A stretch of 64,000 nt of DNA from Verrucomicrobiia bacterium (GTDB lineage: Bacteria > Verrucomicrobiota > Verrucomicrobiia > Limisphaerales > UBA11358): assembly GCA_035545995.1 (NCBI GenBank), contig DASZXH010000081.1, forward strand, positions 582 to 64,581, read 5' to 3'. The position numbers were made by a program, and so were the translations under genes. This document shows, piece after piece, positions 49,983 through 59,023 of the stretch. The notes below the pieces were generated by a model that worked only from the letters and a program-made list of their open reading frames with translations, was not told the origin of the DNA and made no database searches. How positions within the stretch are numbered: the first letter of the stretch is position 1; every line of letters starts with the position of its first letter.

Positions 49983-50129
49983 CAACCACAGATAAACACA
50001 GATGAAACATGAAAAAGATTTTAAGCCGCAGATTTCGCCGATGAACGCGGATTAAAAATAAATCTGCGAAAATCTGCGCCATCTGCTGTTGAAAGAATCC
50101 GTGTTTATCTGTGTCCATCTGTGGTTAAA
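49983..50129. repeat. Nested intergenic palindrome (CACAGAT/ATCTGTG family)
   Basis: aaccacagataaacacagat...(gcagatttcgc...gcggat/atctgcg...atctgc)...atctgtgtccatctgtggtt. Confidence 0.85.
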
Positions 50130-50131
50130 AT

Positions 50132-51091
50132 TCAATGTTGCGGTTTCACGTTCGGGCCGGCGAACGTTTTCAAAAGCAATTGCGCTAAAATGTTGACGAG
50201 CACCGTCACGCCAAGTAGCACCAATCCAATTTCAAACAACGCGCTCGGATAAATGTCGCCGGTCGCTTCGTTGAATTCATTGGCGATGACGCTCGCCAGC
50301 GTGTAGCCGGGCGCAAAAAGTGATTTCACGATTTGCGGCGTGTTGCCGATGACCATTGTGACGGCCATCGTTTCGCCGAGCGCGCGGCCAAGTCCCAAAA
50401 TCACCGCACCAAAAATGCCTCTTTTCGCATAACTCAAAACGGCAATGCGCGTGACTTCCCAGCGCGTCGCACCGAGCGCGTAGGCAGCTTCACGCTGCAA
50501 GCCGGGAACGCTACGCAAAATTTCGCGAGAGACACTGGTGATGATGGGAATAATCATGATGGCGACGATGATGCCCGCCGACAAAATGCAGGGGCCATAA
50601 ATGGCTCCGTGAAACAACGGCAGAAAACCGAAATATCTTTGCAGCCATTGGTAGGGATGATTCGGATGCGCCGCGTCACCTGCCAAAAACGGCACCATCA
50701 CAAAAATTCCCCACAAACCCAAAATGACGCTCGGCACGGCGGCGAGCAATTCGATGAACATGATGAGCGGCTGGCGCAGCCAGAGCGGCGCGAGTTCGGT
50801 CAAATAAACCGACGTGGCGACGCTGATGGGCACGGCGATAATCAGCGCGATGATTGAAGAAACCACTGTGCCGAAAATGAACGGCAGCGCGCCGTAAACA
50901 TCATTGACCGGGTCCCAATCGCTGCTGACGAGAAAATGCCAGCCAAATTTTTGAATGGAAGGCTTCGCGCCTTGCGCCAGTTCGTAACCGATTAAAAAAA
51001 TTAGCCCGAAAATGGTCAACGCCATGAGCAACGTCAGCCATTTGAAGGCGCGGTCGCCGAAGGGTTTGTTTTGTCGCGCGATTTCGTTCAC
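50132..51091 (-). CDS. pstC: Phosphate ABC transporter permease
   Basis: ELLAAVPSVILGLWG, EAAYALGATRWE, GRALGETMAV. Confidence 0.96.
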   Translation of the reverse strand: MNEIARQNKPFGDRAFKWLTLLMALTIFGLIFLIGYELAQGAKPSIQKFGWHFLVSSDWDPVNDVYGALPFIFGTVVSSIIALIIAVPISVATSVYLTELAPLWLRQPLIMFIELLAAVPSVILGLWGIFVMVPFLAGDAAHPNHPYQWLQRYFGFLPLFHGAIYGPCILSAGIIVAIMIIPIITSVSREILRSVPGLQREAAYALGATRWEVTRIAVLSYAKRGIFGAVILGLGRALGETMAVTMVIGNTPQIVKSLFAPGYTLASVIANEFNEATGDIYPSALFEIGLVLLGVTVLVNILAQLLLKTFAGPNVKPQH

Positions 51092-51118
51092 AATTTCTTT
51101 CCGGTCAAAAAATCAAAG

Positions 51119-51152
51119 GGACGAAGAGCGGGAGGAATGGCGCTCTTCGTCC
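51119..51152 (-). terminator. Stem-loop between pstS and pstC
   Basis: ggacgaagagcg-ggaggaatgg-cgctcttcgtcc. Confidence 0.6.
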
Positions 51153-51193
51153 GGCCCACGCCGATAAAAATATCGGGCGGCGCAACGAAGTCA

Positions 51194-52207
51194 TCATTTA
51201 ATTGTGTCCAGCAAGGCCAATTCGCGCTGCTGCACGCTGTCCGGCAGCGGCGCGTAATCCAATTGCGGGGAAAGTTTCTGGCCTTCCGTGATCGCCCATT
51301 TCAAAAAGGCGACCAGTTTTTTGCCGTGTTCGGCGTTTTTGGATTTTTCATAAACCAAAACCCAGCTTGCGCCAGCAATCGGATATGATTTGTCGCTCGG
51401 CGCGTTGACCATCGAGAAACGGAAATCGTCGGGAATTTTCGCCGTGGCGAGCGCGGCGCTGACGGAATCCGGCGACGGCGAAATGAAACTACCCGCCGCA
51501 TTTTTGATGTCAGCATAGGGAATTTTATTTTGGTCGGCGTAAGCCAATTCCGCGTAACCGATGCCGCCGGACAATTGCTTGACCTGACCAGCCACGCCTT
51601 CACTGCCTTTCGCAGCCAGACCGATACCCGCCGGCCATTTGACCGCCGTGCCTTTGCCAACGGTGTCGCCCCACGCCGGATTTACGCTGCTCAAATAATC
51701 GGTGAAGATGAAACTCGTGCCGCTGCCGTCGGCGCGGTGCACTGGCACAATCGCCGTGTCCGGCAAATCAATTCCCGGATTTAGCGCGGCGATTTTTGCG
51801 TCGTTCCATTTGGTGATGTTGCCGAGATAAATGTTGGCGAGCGTGTCGCCGTCCAGTTTCAATTTGGGATTGCCCGGCAGGTTGTAGATGATGGCCACGC
51901 CGCCCGCGACGATGGGCAAGTGCAAAATTTTGCCCGGCGCGGTGGCCAGCGCGTCATCCTTCATCGGCGCGTCGGAAGCGCCGAAATCCACCGTGTTGTT
52001 CAGCAACAATTTTTGTCCCGCGCCCGAACCGATGGATTGATAATTGAAGCGCACGCTGGAATCCACGCTGCCATACGCCTCAAACCATTTAGTGAAGGCC
52101 GGATAATCGAACGTCGAACCTGCGCCGTTGATGAGCAGTTGCGCTTGAGCTTGCGCGGCCAGCAAGAAAGTTGCGCCGCCAAGGATTGAAAGAATTTTAT
52201 TTTTCAT
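51194..52207 (-). CDS. pstS: Phosphate-binding protein
   Basis: INGAGSTF, NYQSIGSGAG, DFGASD, RADGSGTS. Confidence 0.97.
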   Translation of the reverse strand: MKNKILSILGGATFLLAAQAQAQLLINGAGSTFDYPAFTKWFEAYGSVDSSVRFNYQSIGSGAGQKLLLNNTVDFGASDAPMKDDALATAPGKILHLPIVAGGVAIIYNLPGNPKLKLDGDTLANIYLGNITKWNDAKIAALNPGIDLPDTAIVPVHRADGSGTSFIFTDYLSSVNPAWGDTVGKGTAVKWPAGIGLAAKGSEGVAGQVKQLSGGIGYAELAYADQNKIPYADIKNAAGSFISPSPDSVSAALATAKIPDDFRFSMVNAPSDKSYPIAGASWVLVYEKSKNAEHGKKLVAFLKWAITEGQKLSPQLDYAPLPDSVQQRELALLDTIK

Positions 52208-52257
52208 TTTCGTGAAGATTAAATCAGTTTTCGTCGTTTGTTTATGTTACATTCCGG

Positions 52258-53649
52258 TTAAAATTTCTACATCAAATCGGCCATGGCGTGAACCGCGCCG
52301 GTCTTGGTGCCCGGAATTGGATTGTTAATCAAATCGTTGACGTAGCAGGTAAAGGTGAAGGTCAACGAATCAAAAATCGAGTAGTTCACCTTGACCAAAT
52401 GACCTTTGATGTTTGTTCCGCCAGCAGCAGCGCCGGCGGTAGCCGAAGTCGGGAAGACCGCGATATTGTCGTCGTCTACAACTTGATCCCACCACGCATC
52501 TGCTTCCAGCCGTTGATAGCGATAAGAAATATCCCAATTCCCTTTTTTACCCGATTTGCCCAAAATAACGCCCGCCCACCAACCTTCGTTGTTACTGGAA
52601 GCGGCGGGATTGTTCAGGTATTCACCCGCGAGTTTGATTGGAAACGCGCCGGTGTAGAGCGGGAAACTGTCCAACGTGTAAGTGACGCTGCCGCTGGCAA
52701 CAATCGGATTGAATTCGCTCACATACGGACTGCCGGTGGCCGCGCCGGTGATGGTGTTCCCGCGATTGGAATCATAGGGTGTTCCGGTCGCGCTGGCGGC
52801 AAAATTGTGCGCATTGGCAATATCGTAAAAGGCAACTCCTGCCGAAGAGGTGATTTTGGGCGTCCAATTCGCGTTCCAGATGGCTTGGCCGCCGTAGAGA
52901 AATGGTCCGCGCGAATTCACTTGATCCAACACAAATCCCGCGCCGTTGAATGCGAGTGAATTCATGTCGTTGATTTTGTAAGTGGCTTGCAACGCGCCGC
53001 CTTCGGGCGTGTAATCAGGGTCAAACACCATCGGCGACGCCACGAACGGTTGATCCATTTTGCCGAAGGTTCCCGACAACGTCCAAGTGTCGTTTTTGAT
53101 GGGCGTCCATTTCCCGTAGGCCGCGTCCATATAAATGAACTTCTTCGAGCCGTTGGCTTGAAAGGTCGTGTTGTTGGAAAGCGGATTGCCGCCCGTCGTT
53201 CCGCCGGTCGTTCCCGGCGAATCATCCGTGCCCAGACGAAATCCGACTTGCATATTGTCCGCCATGTTCACCGTCAAACCGACGCGCAGGCGATAACGCA
53301 AACGGATATTATCATCATGCCCACCAAAAGCCGGCATGTCCGTGCTAACTTGATCGTAACGCCCGCGGAAATCACCGCTCAATTTGTAACCCGTAATCCA
53401 ACCCGGCGCACCTAAGCCTTTCGGCAAACTGCCGGCGATATTGTTGGTCAAACTATTGTTGAAATCCTGTGCGTTTTCCGCGCGCAATTCCTTGGCTTCG
53501 TCGCCGGTCAAAATTCCCTTTTGCTCCAACTTGTCAATCAACGCATCCCCGGAAGTTTGCGCTTGAATTTGCGGCGTCAAAGCCATCAACGCCGTTGCCC
53601 CAGCAAATAGAGCAATTTTTGAAGTATTTGTTCTTTTGTTTTTTTTCAT
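52258..53649 (-). CDS. Putative outer-membrane porin (Porin_5-like) with TAG three codons before the expected end
   Basis: DALIDKLEQKGILT, LSGDFRGRY, RLRYRLRVG, GGTNIKGH; ends GAT TTG ATG TAG AAA TTT TAA. Confidence 0.85.
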
Positions 53650-53690
53650 GGTTGTTAGTTCGAAGTGCGGCGGCACTTTGCAGCCACACC

Positions 53691-53730
53691 GTTACAACCA
53701 TGCGGAGAAATTGTTACAAGTGAGTGACAA
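53691..53730 (-). promoter_or_regulatory. Pho box (PhoB-type 11-bp-phased direct repeats)
   Basis: Minus strand TTGTCAC-tcac-TTGTAAC-aatt-tctccgc-atgg-TTGTAAC upstream of the porin-pst operon. Confidence 0.75.
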
Positions 53731-53818
53731 CGAATCAGGAAACCGATGGCTGAAGCAGAACGGCCATGACCGGCAATCGTATTTTATTGCAGGAAGAAGT
53801 TACCGTCGCGGGAAAAAA

Positions 53819-54400
53819 TCACATCGCGCGAAACGCCGTCAAACCGAGCAGGACGATAAAGAGCGCGAACGCCAGACGAATCGCGCTGCCGATTTTGACG
53901 CGGCTTTCCGTAGCCGTCGCCCAATTCAAAAAATCGCGCAACCGCCACGGCGCGACGGTGAACCAAATGCCCGCAATCACAAGAACATACGCCCAAACTT
54001 GAATGACCAAAACCCAGGATGATTCACCCGCTTGTGCCTGAAACAAAGCGGTCGGCAAATGCGGACGTCCTGCATCCACCATCAATTTGGCAAGCAATAA
54101 AAATAAAACCGCCAGCCCGCGCACGGCCAAAAAATCCTGCACATACACGCACGTCAAAATACCGATCGCGGCAAAGGCAATCATCATTTCCGGTTTGTAA
54201 GCCGAATAATCCGCCAGCGTTTCACCATTCACGTTCCACAAAAACCAAGCCGTCGCCAACAGCGTCAGCACGATTCCGACCGGCAGATTGCGCGGAAATT
54301 TGCGGACAGACGCCGCGAATTTCTGCGGACTGGCGAGACCGTAAACCTGCGGCACGCTCATCCCGACGCCGAGCAAAATGGACAACAGCGACAATTTCAT
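53819..54400 (-). CDS. Conserved hypothetical membrane protein
   Basis: Multiple TMs; QDFLAVRGLAV, APWRLRDF. Confidence 0.8.
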   Translation of the reverse strand: MKLSLLSILLGVGMSVPQVYGLASPQKFAASVRKFPRNLPVGIVLTLLATAWFLWNVNGETLADYSAYKPEMMIAFAAIGILTCVYVQDFLAVRGLAVLFLLLAKLMVDAGRPHLPTALFQAQAGESSWVLVIQVWAYVLVIAGIWFTVAPWRLRDFLNWATATESRVKIGSAIRLAFALFIVLLGLTAFRAM

Positions 54401-54443
54401 TTGAACATTTAACTATGAATGGACACGAAAGGACACGAAAAAT

Positions 54444-55289
54444 TCAAACGCCAAACATTTCTTTCGCCGTGACGCCTTCCGCGACTTTCGTGACCGGCCC
54501 CGTCATGCGAATTTCAAAACCGTCGCTGATTTCAATCTCGATTTTTCCGCCGGGCATGTGAACGGAAATCTCGCGGTCGCACAACCCCAGCCGGTGCGCC
54601 ACCGCCGCCGCCGCACTGCTGCTGCTGCCGCTGGCCAGCGTGTAACCCGCGCCGCGCTCCCAGATTTCAATCTGGATGTTGTTCCGGTCGAGCACCTTCA
54701 TCAATTGCACGTTAGTGCGGTTCGGAAACCGCGCGTGCGTTTCCAATTGCGGCCCGATTTGTTTCGCCAGTTCCGCGCTGATGCGTTGCAGCGGCAGAAC
54801 GCAATGCGGATTGCCCACGGTCGCCGCGCAAAAATTGAACCGCTCGCCGCGCAAATGAATCGGCTCGTTGATGACCTCGCGGCGCGGACCGGCCACGGGA
54901 ATTTCGTCGCTCCAAAAACTGACCTTGCCCATTTCCACGCGCACGATTTTGCCGCGCTGCATGACGGTGGCCTGGACGATGCCGCCTTTCGTTTCTACGG
55001 CGAATTCCTCCTTGCCGACCAGTTTTTTATCGAACAGATAGCGCGAAAAAATCCGCAGGCCGTTGCCGCTTTTTTCCGCCTCGCTGCCGTCGGGATTGAA
55101 AATGCGCAGCCCGAACTTCGCCTTTTTTGACGGCAACGGTCCTAGCAAAATGCCGTCCGAACCGACGCCGTAATTCCGATGACAAATGGTTTTGATTTGC
55201 TCCGGCGTCAATGACGGCGGCGCGTCTTTTGGATCAATGACAAGATAATCGTTGCCCAGCGCGTGATATTTCGTGAACGCAAGTCGCAT
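54444..55289 (-). CDS. dapF: Diaminopimelate epimerase
   Basis: FTKYHALGNDY, GVGSDG, NPDGSEAEKSGNG, GNPH, WERGAGYTLASGS. Confidence 0.92.
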   Translation of the reverse strand: MRLAFTKYHALGNDYLVIDPKDAPPSLTPEQIKTICHRNYGVGSDGILLGPLPSKKAKFGLRIFNPDGSEAEKSGNGLRIFSRYLFDKKLVGKEEFAVETKGGIVQATVMQRGKIVRVEMGKVSFWSDEIPVAGPRREVINEPIHLRGERFNFCAATVGNPHCVLPLQRISAELAKQIGPQLETHARFPNRTNVQLMKVLDRNNIQIEIWERGAGYTLASGSSSSAAAAVAHRLGLCDREISVHMPGGKIEIEISDGFEIRMTGPVTKVAEGVTAKEMFGV

Positions 55290-55298
55290 GTGAATGAT

Positions 55299-56291
55299 TC
55301 AACCTTTCAAAATGATTTCGATTCTTTGGAGTTCTTCGGCGGTGAATTTCAAATTTTTCAGCGCGCCGACGGCATCGTCAATTTGCGCGACTTTACTCGC
55401 GCCTACGAGCGCCGAAGTCATTTGCGAATGCCGCAGCACCCACGCCAACGCCATTTGTGCGAGCGTCTGGCCGCGTGCTTTGGCGAGGTCGTTGAGTTGG
55501 TTGACTTGCGCGAGTTTCGCTTCCGTGACGTGCGCGGGTCGCAAAAATCCGTGCGGCTTGGACGCGCGCGAACCTTCGGGAATACCTTGCAAATACTTAT
55601 CGGTCAACAACCCTTGCGCGAGCGGCGAAAACGCGATGCAACCAATGCCATCCTGCTCCAGCACGCCGAGTAAACCGTCTTCAATCCAGCGATTGAACAT
55701 GCTGTAAGACGGCTGATGAATCAGACACGGCGTGCCGAGCGCGCGGAGAATTTTCGTGGCTTGCGCGGTCTTGTCCGCCGGATAATTCGAAATACCTGCG
55801 TAAAGCGCACGCCCGCTGCGGACGATGTAATCCAGCGCGCCCATCGTTTCTTCGAGCGGCGTTTCGGGGTCGGGACGGTGATGATAAAAAACGTCCACGT
55901 AGTCGAGCTTCATCCGCTTGAGACTTTGGTCGCAACTCGCGACGAGGTATTTGCGCGAACCCCAATCGCCATAAGGCCCGTCCCACATCGTGTAACCGGC
56001 TTTGGACGAAATCACCAATTCATCGCGGAGCGTGGCAAAATCGTCGTGCAAAATGCGTCCGAAATTTTCTTCCGCTGAGCCGGGCGGCGGGCCGTAGTTG
56101 TTCGCCAAATCAAAATGCGTGACGCCCAAATCGAATGCGCGGCGCAGCATCGCGCGGCCATTTTCCAGCGTGTCCACGCCGCCGAAATTATGCCAGAGGC
56201 CGAGTGAAATCGCGGGCAGCTTCAAACCGCTGCGACCGCTGCGGCGATAAATCATTTCCGAGTAACGGGAATTGGCGGGCAAATAGTTCAT
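55299..56291 (-). CDS. mgrA: Aldo/keto reductase, L-glyceraldehyde 3-phosphate reductase type
   Basis: SLGLWHNFG, FDLANNYGPPPGSAE, SKAGYTMWDGPYGDWGSRKY. Confidence 0.9.
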   Translation of the reverse strand: MNYLPANSRYSEMIYRRSGRSGLKLPAISLGLWHNFGGVDTLENGRAMLRRAFDLGVTHFDLANNYGPPPGSAEENFGRILHDDFATLRDELVISSKAGYTMWDGPYGDWGSRKYLVASCDQSLKRMKLDYVDVFYHHRPDPETPLEETMGALDYIVRSGRALYAGISNYPADKTAQATKILRALGTPCLIHQPSYSMFNRWIEDGLLGVLEQDGIGCIAFSPLAQGLLTDKYLQGIPEGSRASKPHGFLRPAHVTEAKLAQVNQLNDLAKARGQTLAQMALAWVLRHSQMTSALVGASKVAQIDDAVGALKNLKFTAEELQRIEIILKG

Positions 56292-56360
56292 GGCTTTATG
56301 TAACTGAAACGCGGAGCGAATTGCAATTTCTCAAACCAGAAAAAATTTCCAGTAAAGCAT

Positions 56361-56717
56361 TTACTCTTTGTCCAGTTTCTTGTCTTCCAGATGAAACTGG
56401 TGCAGGAAACGGTGGACGACCGGCGCAAAAATGATTCCCAAAATGCCGGTCAACGCGATGCCGCTAAAAATCGCATAGCTGCCGGCGAAAATTTTTCCCG
56501 CGTGCGTCTGCAGCGTCGCCACCGGCCCCATGCCGGACAAAATCATCGCCGCGTTTAGAAAAGCGTCCAGCCACGAAAGTTTTTCCAAGCCGTGATAACC
56601 GGCCATGCCGACGCCCAGCCAGACGATGAGAACGCCGACGCCCAGCGCGACATGGCGCGCGACGCGCCGAAAGTATTCCCGGCGCGGCAGCAAACGTTGG
56701 TTGCGCGGCTCGAACAT
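56361..56717 (-). CDS. Small two-TM ion-channel-like membrane protein
   Basis: SWLDAFLNAAMILSGMGP pore-like segment, GKIFAGSYA. Confidence 0.75.
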   Translation of the reverse strand: MFEPRNQRLLPRREYFRRVARHVALGVGVLIVWLGVGMAGYHGLEKLSWLDAFLNAAMILSGMGPVATLQTHAGKIFAGSYAIFSGIALTGILGIIFAPVVHRFLHQFHLEDKKLDKE

Positions 56718-56722
56718 GGCAT

Positions 56723-57820
56723 TCAATTAGTCGAACCGACAGCGTTTGACAAATTTTTCATGCCTTCGTTTTTCAATTTTTGAATCAGGCCGGCGACAAT
56801 TTTTTTTGCTAAATCCGGCCCTTCATAAATCAGTCCGGTGTAAATTTGAATCAAACTCGCGCCGGCGCAAATTTTTTCCCACGCATCGTCCGCGCTGAAA
56901 ATGCCGCCGACGCCGATGATAGGCAATTTGCCGTTCGTCTGCCGAAAAATGTGACGGGTGATTTCCGTGCTGCGCGCGCGCAACGGTTGGCCGCTCAAAC
57001 CGCCGGTTTCAGAATAAATCTTTTGCGCCTGCGAATTAGTTGTGTGCGGACGAGTGATCGTCGTGTTCGTCGCCACAATTCCAGAAATGTTTCGCGCTCC
57101 AGTCAATTCCAAAATTTCGTCAATCGCTTCAAATGAAAGATCGGGCGCAATTTTTATGAGGACAGGCTTGCTGGAATTCGGAATCTGATTCCGTTGAATT
57201 GCCGCTAAAATTTCGTCCAGCGCCGATTTGTCCTGCAATTGCCGCAAATTCGGCGTGTTCGGTGAGCTGACATTCACGACAAAAAAATCCGCCAACTCAC
57301 GCAAAACTCGAAATGAATTGGCGTAATCCTCGGCGGCCTTTTCCAATGGCGCGTTTTTGGATTTGCCCAGATTGACCCCGACCGGCGATTCCGGCCATTG
57401 GCCGGAATTTTTCCATTTGAGAAGTTTTTGCGCAAAAATTTCCGCGCCGGGATTGTTGAAACCCATGCGGTTCACAATCGCATTTTCGGCAAACGTGCGG
57501 AACATTCGCGGTTGCGGATTGCCCGGTTGCGCATGCCACGTCACACCGCCAAGTTCGCAAAATCCGAAGCCGAGTTTTTCCCAAACCGGAACTGCGACGG
57601 CAAATTTATCCATTCCAGCGGCGATGCCGATGGGATTGGGAAATTTCAACCCGAACAGTTCAACAGGCAATTCCGCCGCGGCAAAAAAATTTCCAATCGA
57701 ATCGCAAATCAATTCGTCACGGCTGGCTTGCGCAAGAAGATTCAGCGCGAAATCATGCGCGCGTTCCGCGTCTTGGGCAAAAAGAAGCGGGCGAATAGCG
57801 TGATGATAAAACCAACTCAC
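56723..57820 (-). CDS. pyrD: Quinone-dependent dihydroorotate dehydrogenase
   Basis: NPIGIAAGMDK, NRMGFNN, NVSSPNTP, KIAPD, GGLSG, IQIYTG. Confidence 0.96.
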   Translation of the reverse strand: MSWFYHHAIRPLLFAQDAERAHDFALNLLAQASRDELICDSIGNFFAAAELPVELFGLKFPNPIGIAAGMDKFAVAVPVWEKLGFGFCELGGVTWHAQPGNPQPRMFRTFAENAIVNRMGFNNPGAEIFAQKLLKWKNSGQWPESPVGVNLGKSKNAPLEKAAEDYANSFRVLRELADFFVVNVSSPNTPNLRQLQDKSALDEILAAIQRNQIPNSSKPVLIKIAPDLSFEAIDEILELTGARNISGIVATNTTITRPHTTNSQAQKIYSETGGLSGQPLRARSTEITRHIFRQTNGKLPIIGVGGIFSADDAWEKICAGASLIQIYTGLIYEGPDLAKKIVAGLIQKLKNEGMKNLSNAVGSTN

Positions 57821-57839
57821 GTAGCCAGTATGCTACGAT

Positions 57840-58973
57840 TTACGCTTCGGATTTACGAGCAAAAAACCGGCGGCAACGCACAGCCAGCATCACACCAATC
57901 AAGGTTCCGGTCGTGTTCGTCAGCAAATCGGTCATGGAGGATGTCCGGTTGGGCAGCCAGACTTGAATCAGTTCAATCGTCAGGCTGATGGCGAAACCGG
58001 CGAGCATGACGAAAAGAAAATTAGTGGTTTGACGATTTGGAGCAACTGCCCGGCGATAAATGGAAAAGCAAAACCCAAACGGGATGAAGCCGAGTATATT
58101 CACGGCGATGTCCGAATAATCCGGCGTGTTGTTGTAAGCCAAATCTTTCCACGGCGGAATGAGAACCCGCCGGTGAAGCGGCTGAAAAATTTCAGGGATG
58201 ACGACGCGATGCCGGTTGCCGGACAAATCTTTCACTTGCTGTCCCCCGCCCTCGTCGAAAAGATAGAGCGCCGTCAGACCGGGAGCATTTGTCAATTGCC
58301 GGGCGTTCCCGCTCGTCCAAAGTTCGCGGTGCGCGGCGATTTCCGCCGTGTCGAGCCGCCGGTTGAACAAAGCCAGGCCGAACAACCGACCCGACCACGA
58401 ATGTTTCCCGGAATCGTCATTGCCCAGAATCAATTGGCCGTCCAACGCGTTCGGTCGCAAAACAAATCCGGGAAAATGTCCCTTGGGCGAACCATCTAAA
58501 AATAAATCTGTTCCCACTGCACCGCCTCGGATCGCGATGAAATGAGTCTTTCCCAACGGCAACGCGTCGCTGATGCCGATTTCGCTGATGTGATGCACAA
58601 AAGGGTGTGTAATCGCCGCGCGAAATAGAAATTCATGTTTCCACTGACAAAAAACGAAGTCGTCGGGCAAATCGGAATTGTAAATGGTCAGAATATTAAA
58701 AACGTCGTCGTCCGGTTCACTGTCCGCAGCGAGCCGGATTTCTGCGGAAAAATCCGCAGCCCCGGCGTTGGTTTCATTTGATTCAGAGAACGCCAACGGA
58801 ATGGGATCGTAAGCAATTCCGTTGTTTCCAAATTGCAAACCGGATTGATTTGCCGGCCAATTTACACGATTCAACGGGCGAAAATCAAACGGCCAAAACC
58901 CCACGATGAAGTAACCGACTATGATTGCAAGCGTCAGCCAACCAAACCACTTGGAATTGAAAATGCCTTTCAC
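57840..58973 (-). CDS. LamG-like plus VanZ-family membrane protein
   Basis: LILGN...WSGRLFGLALFNRRL; NILGFIPFG, IELIQVWLPNRTSSMTDLLTN. Confidence 0.85.
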   Translation of the reverse strand: MKGIFNSKWFGWLTLAIIVGYFIVGFWPFDFRPLNRVNWPANQSGLQFGNNGIAYDPIPLAFSESNETNAGAADFSAEIRLAADSEPDDDVFNILTIYNSDLPDDFVFCQWKHEFLFRAAITHPFVHHISEIGISDALPLGKTHFIAIRGGAVGTDLFLDGSPKGHFPGFVLRPNALDGQLILGNDDSGKHSWSGRLFGLALFNRRLDTAEIAAHRELWTSGNARQLTNAPGLTALYLFDEGGGQQVKDLSGNRHRVVIPEIFQPLHRRVLIPPWKDLAYNNTPDYSDIAVNILGFIPFGFCFSIYRRAVAPNRQTTNFLFVMLAGFAISLTIELIQVWLPNRTSSMTDLLTNTTGTLIGVMLAVRCRRFFARKSEA

Positions 58974-59023
58974 ACTGAATGGTGACAGGCGAGCAATTTT
59001 TTATACCGCCAGCTCATTTGCTT

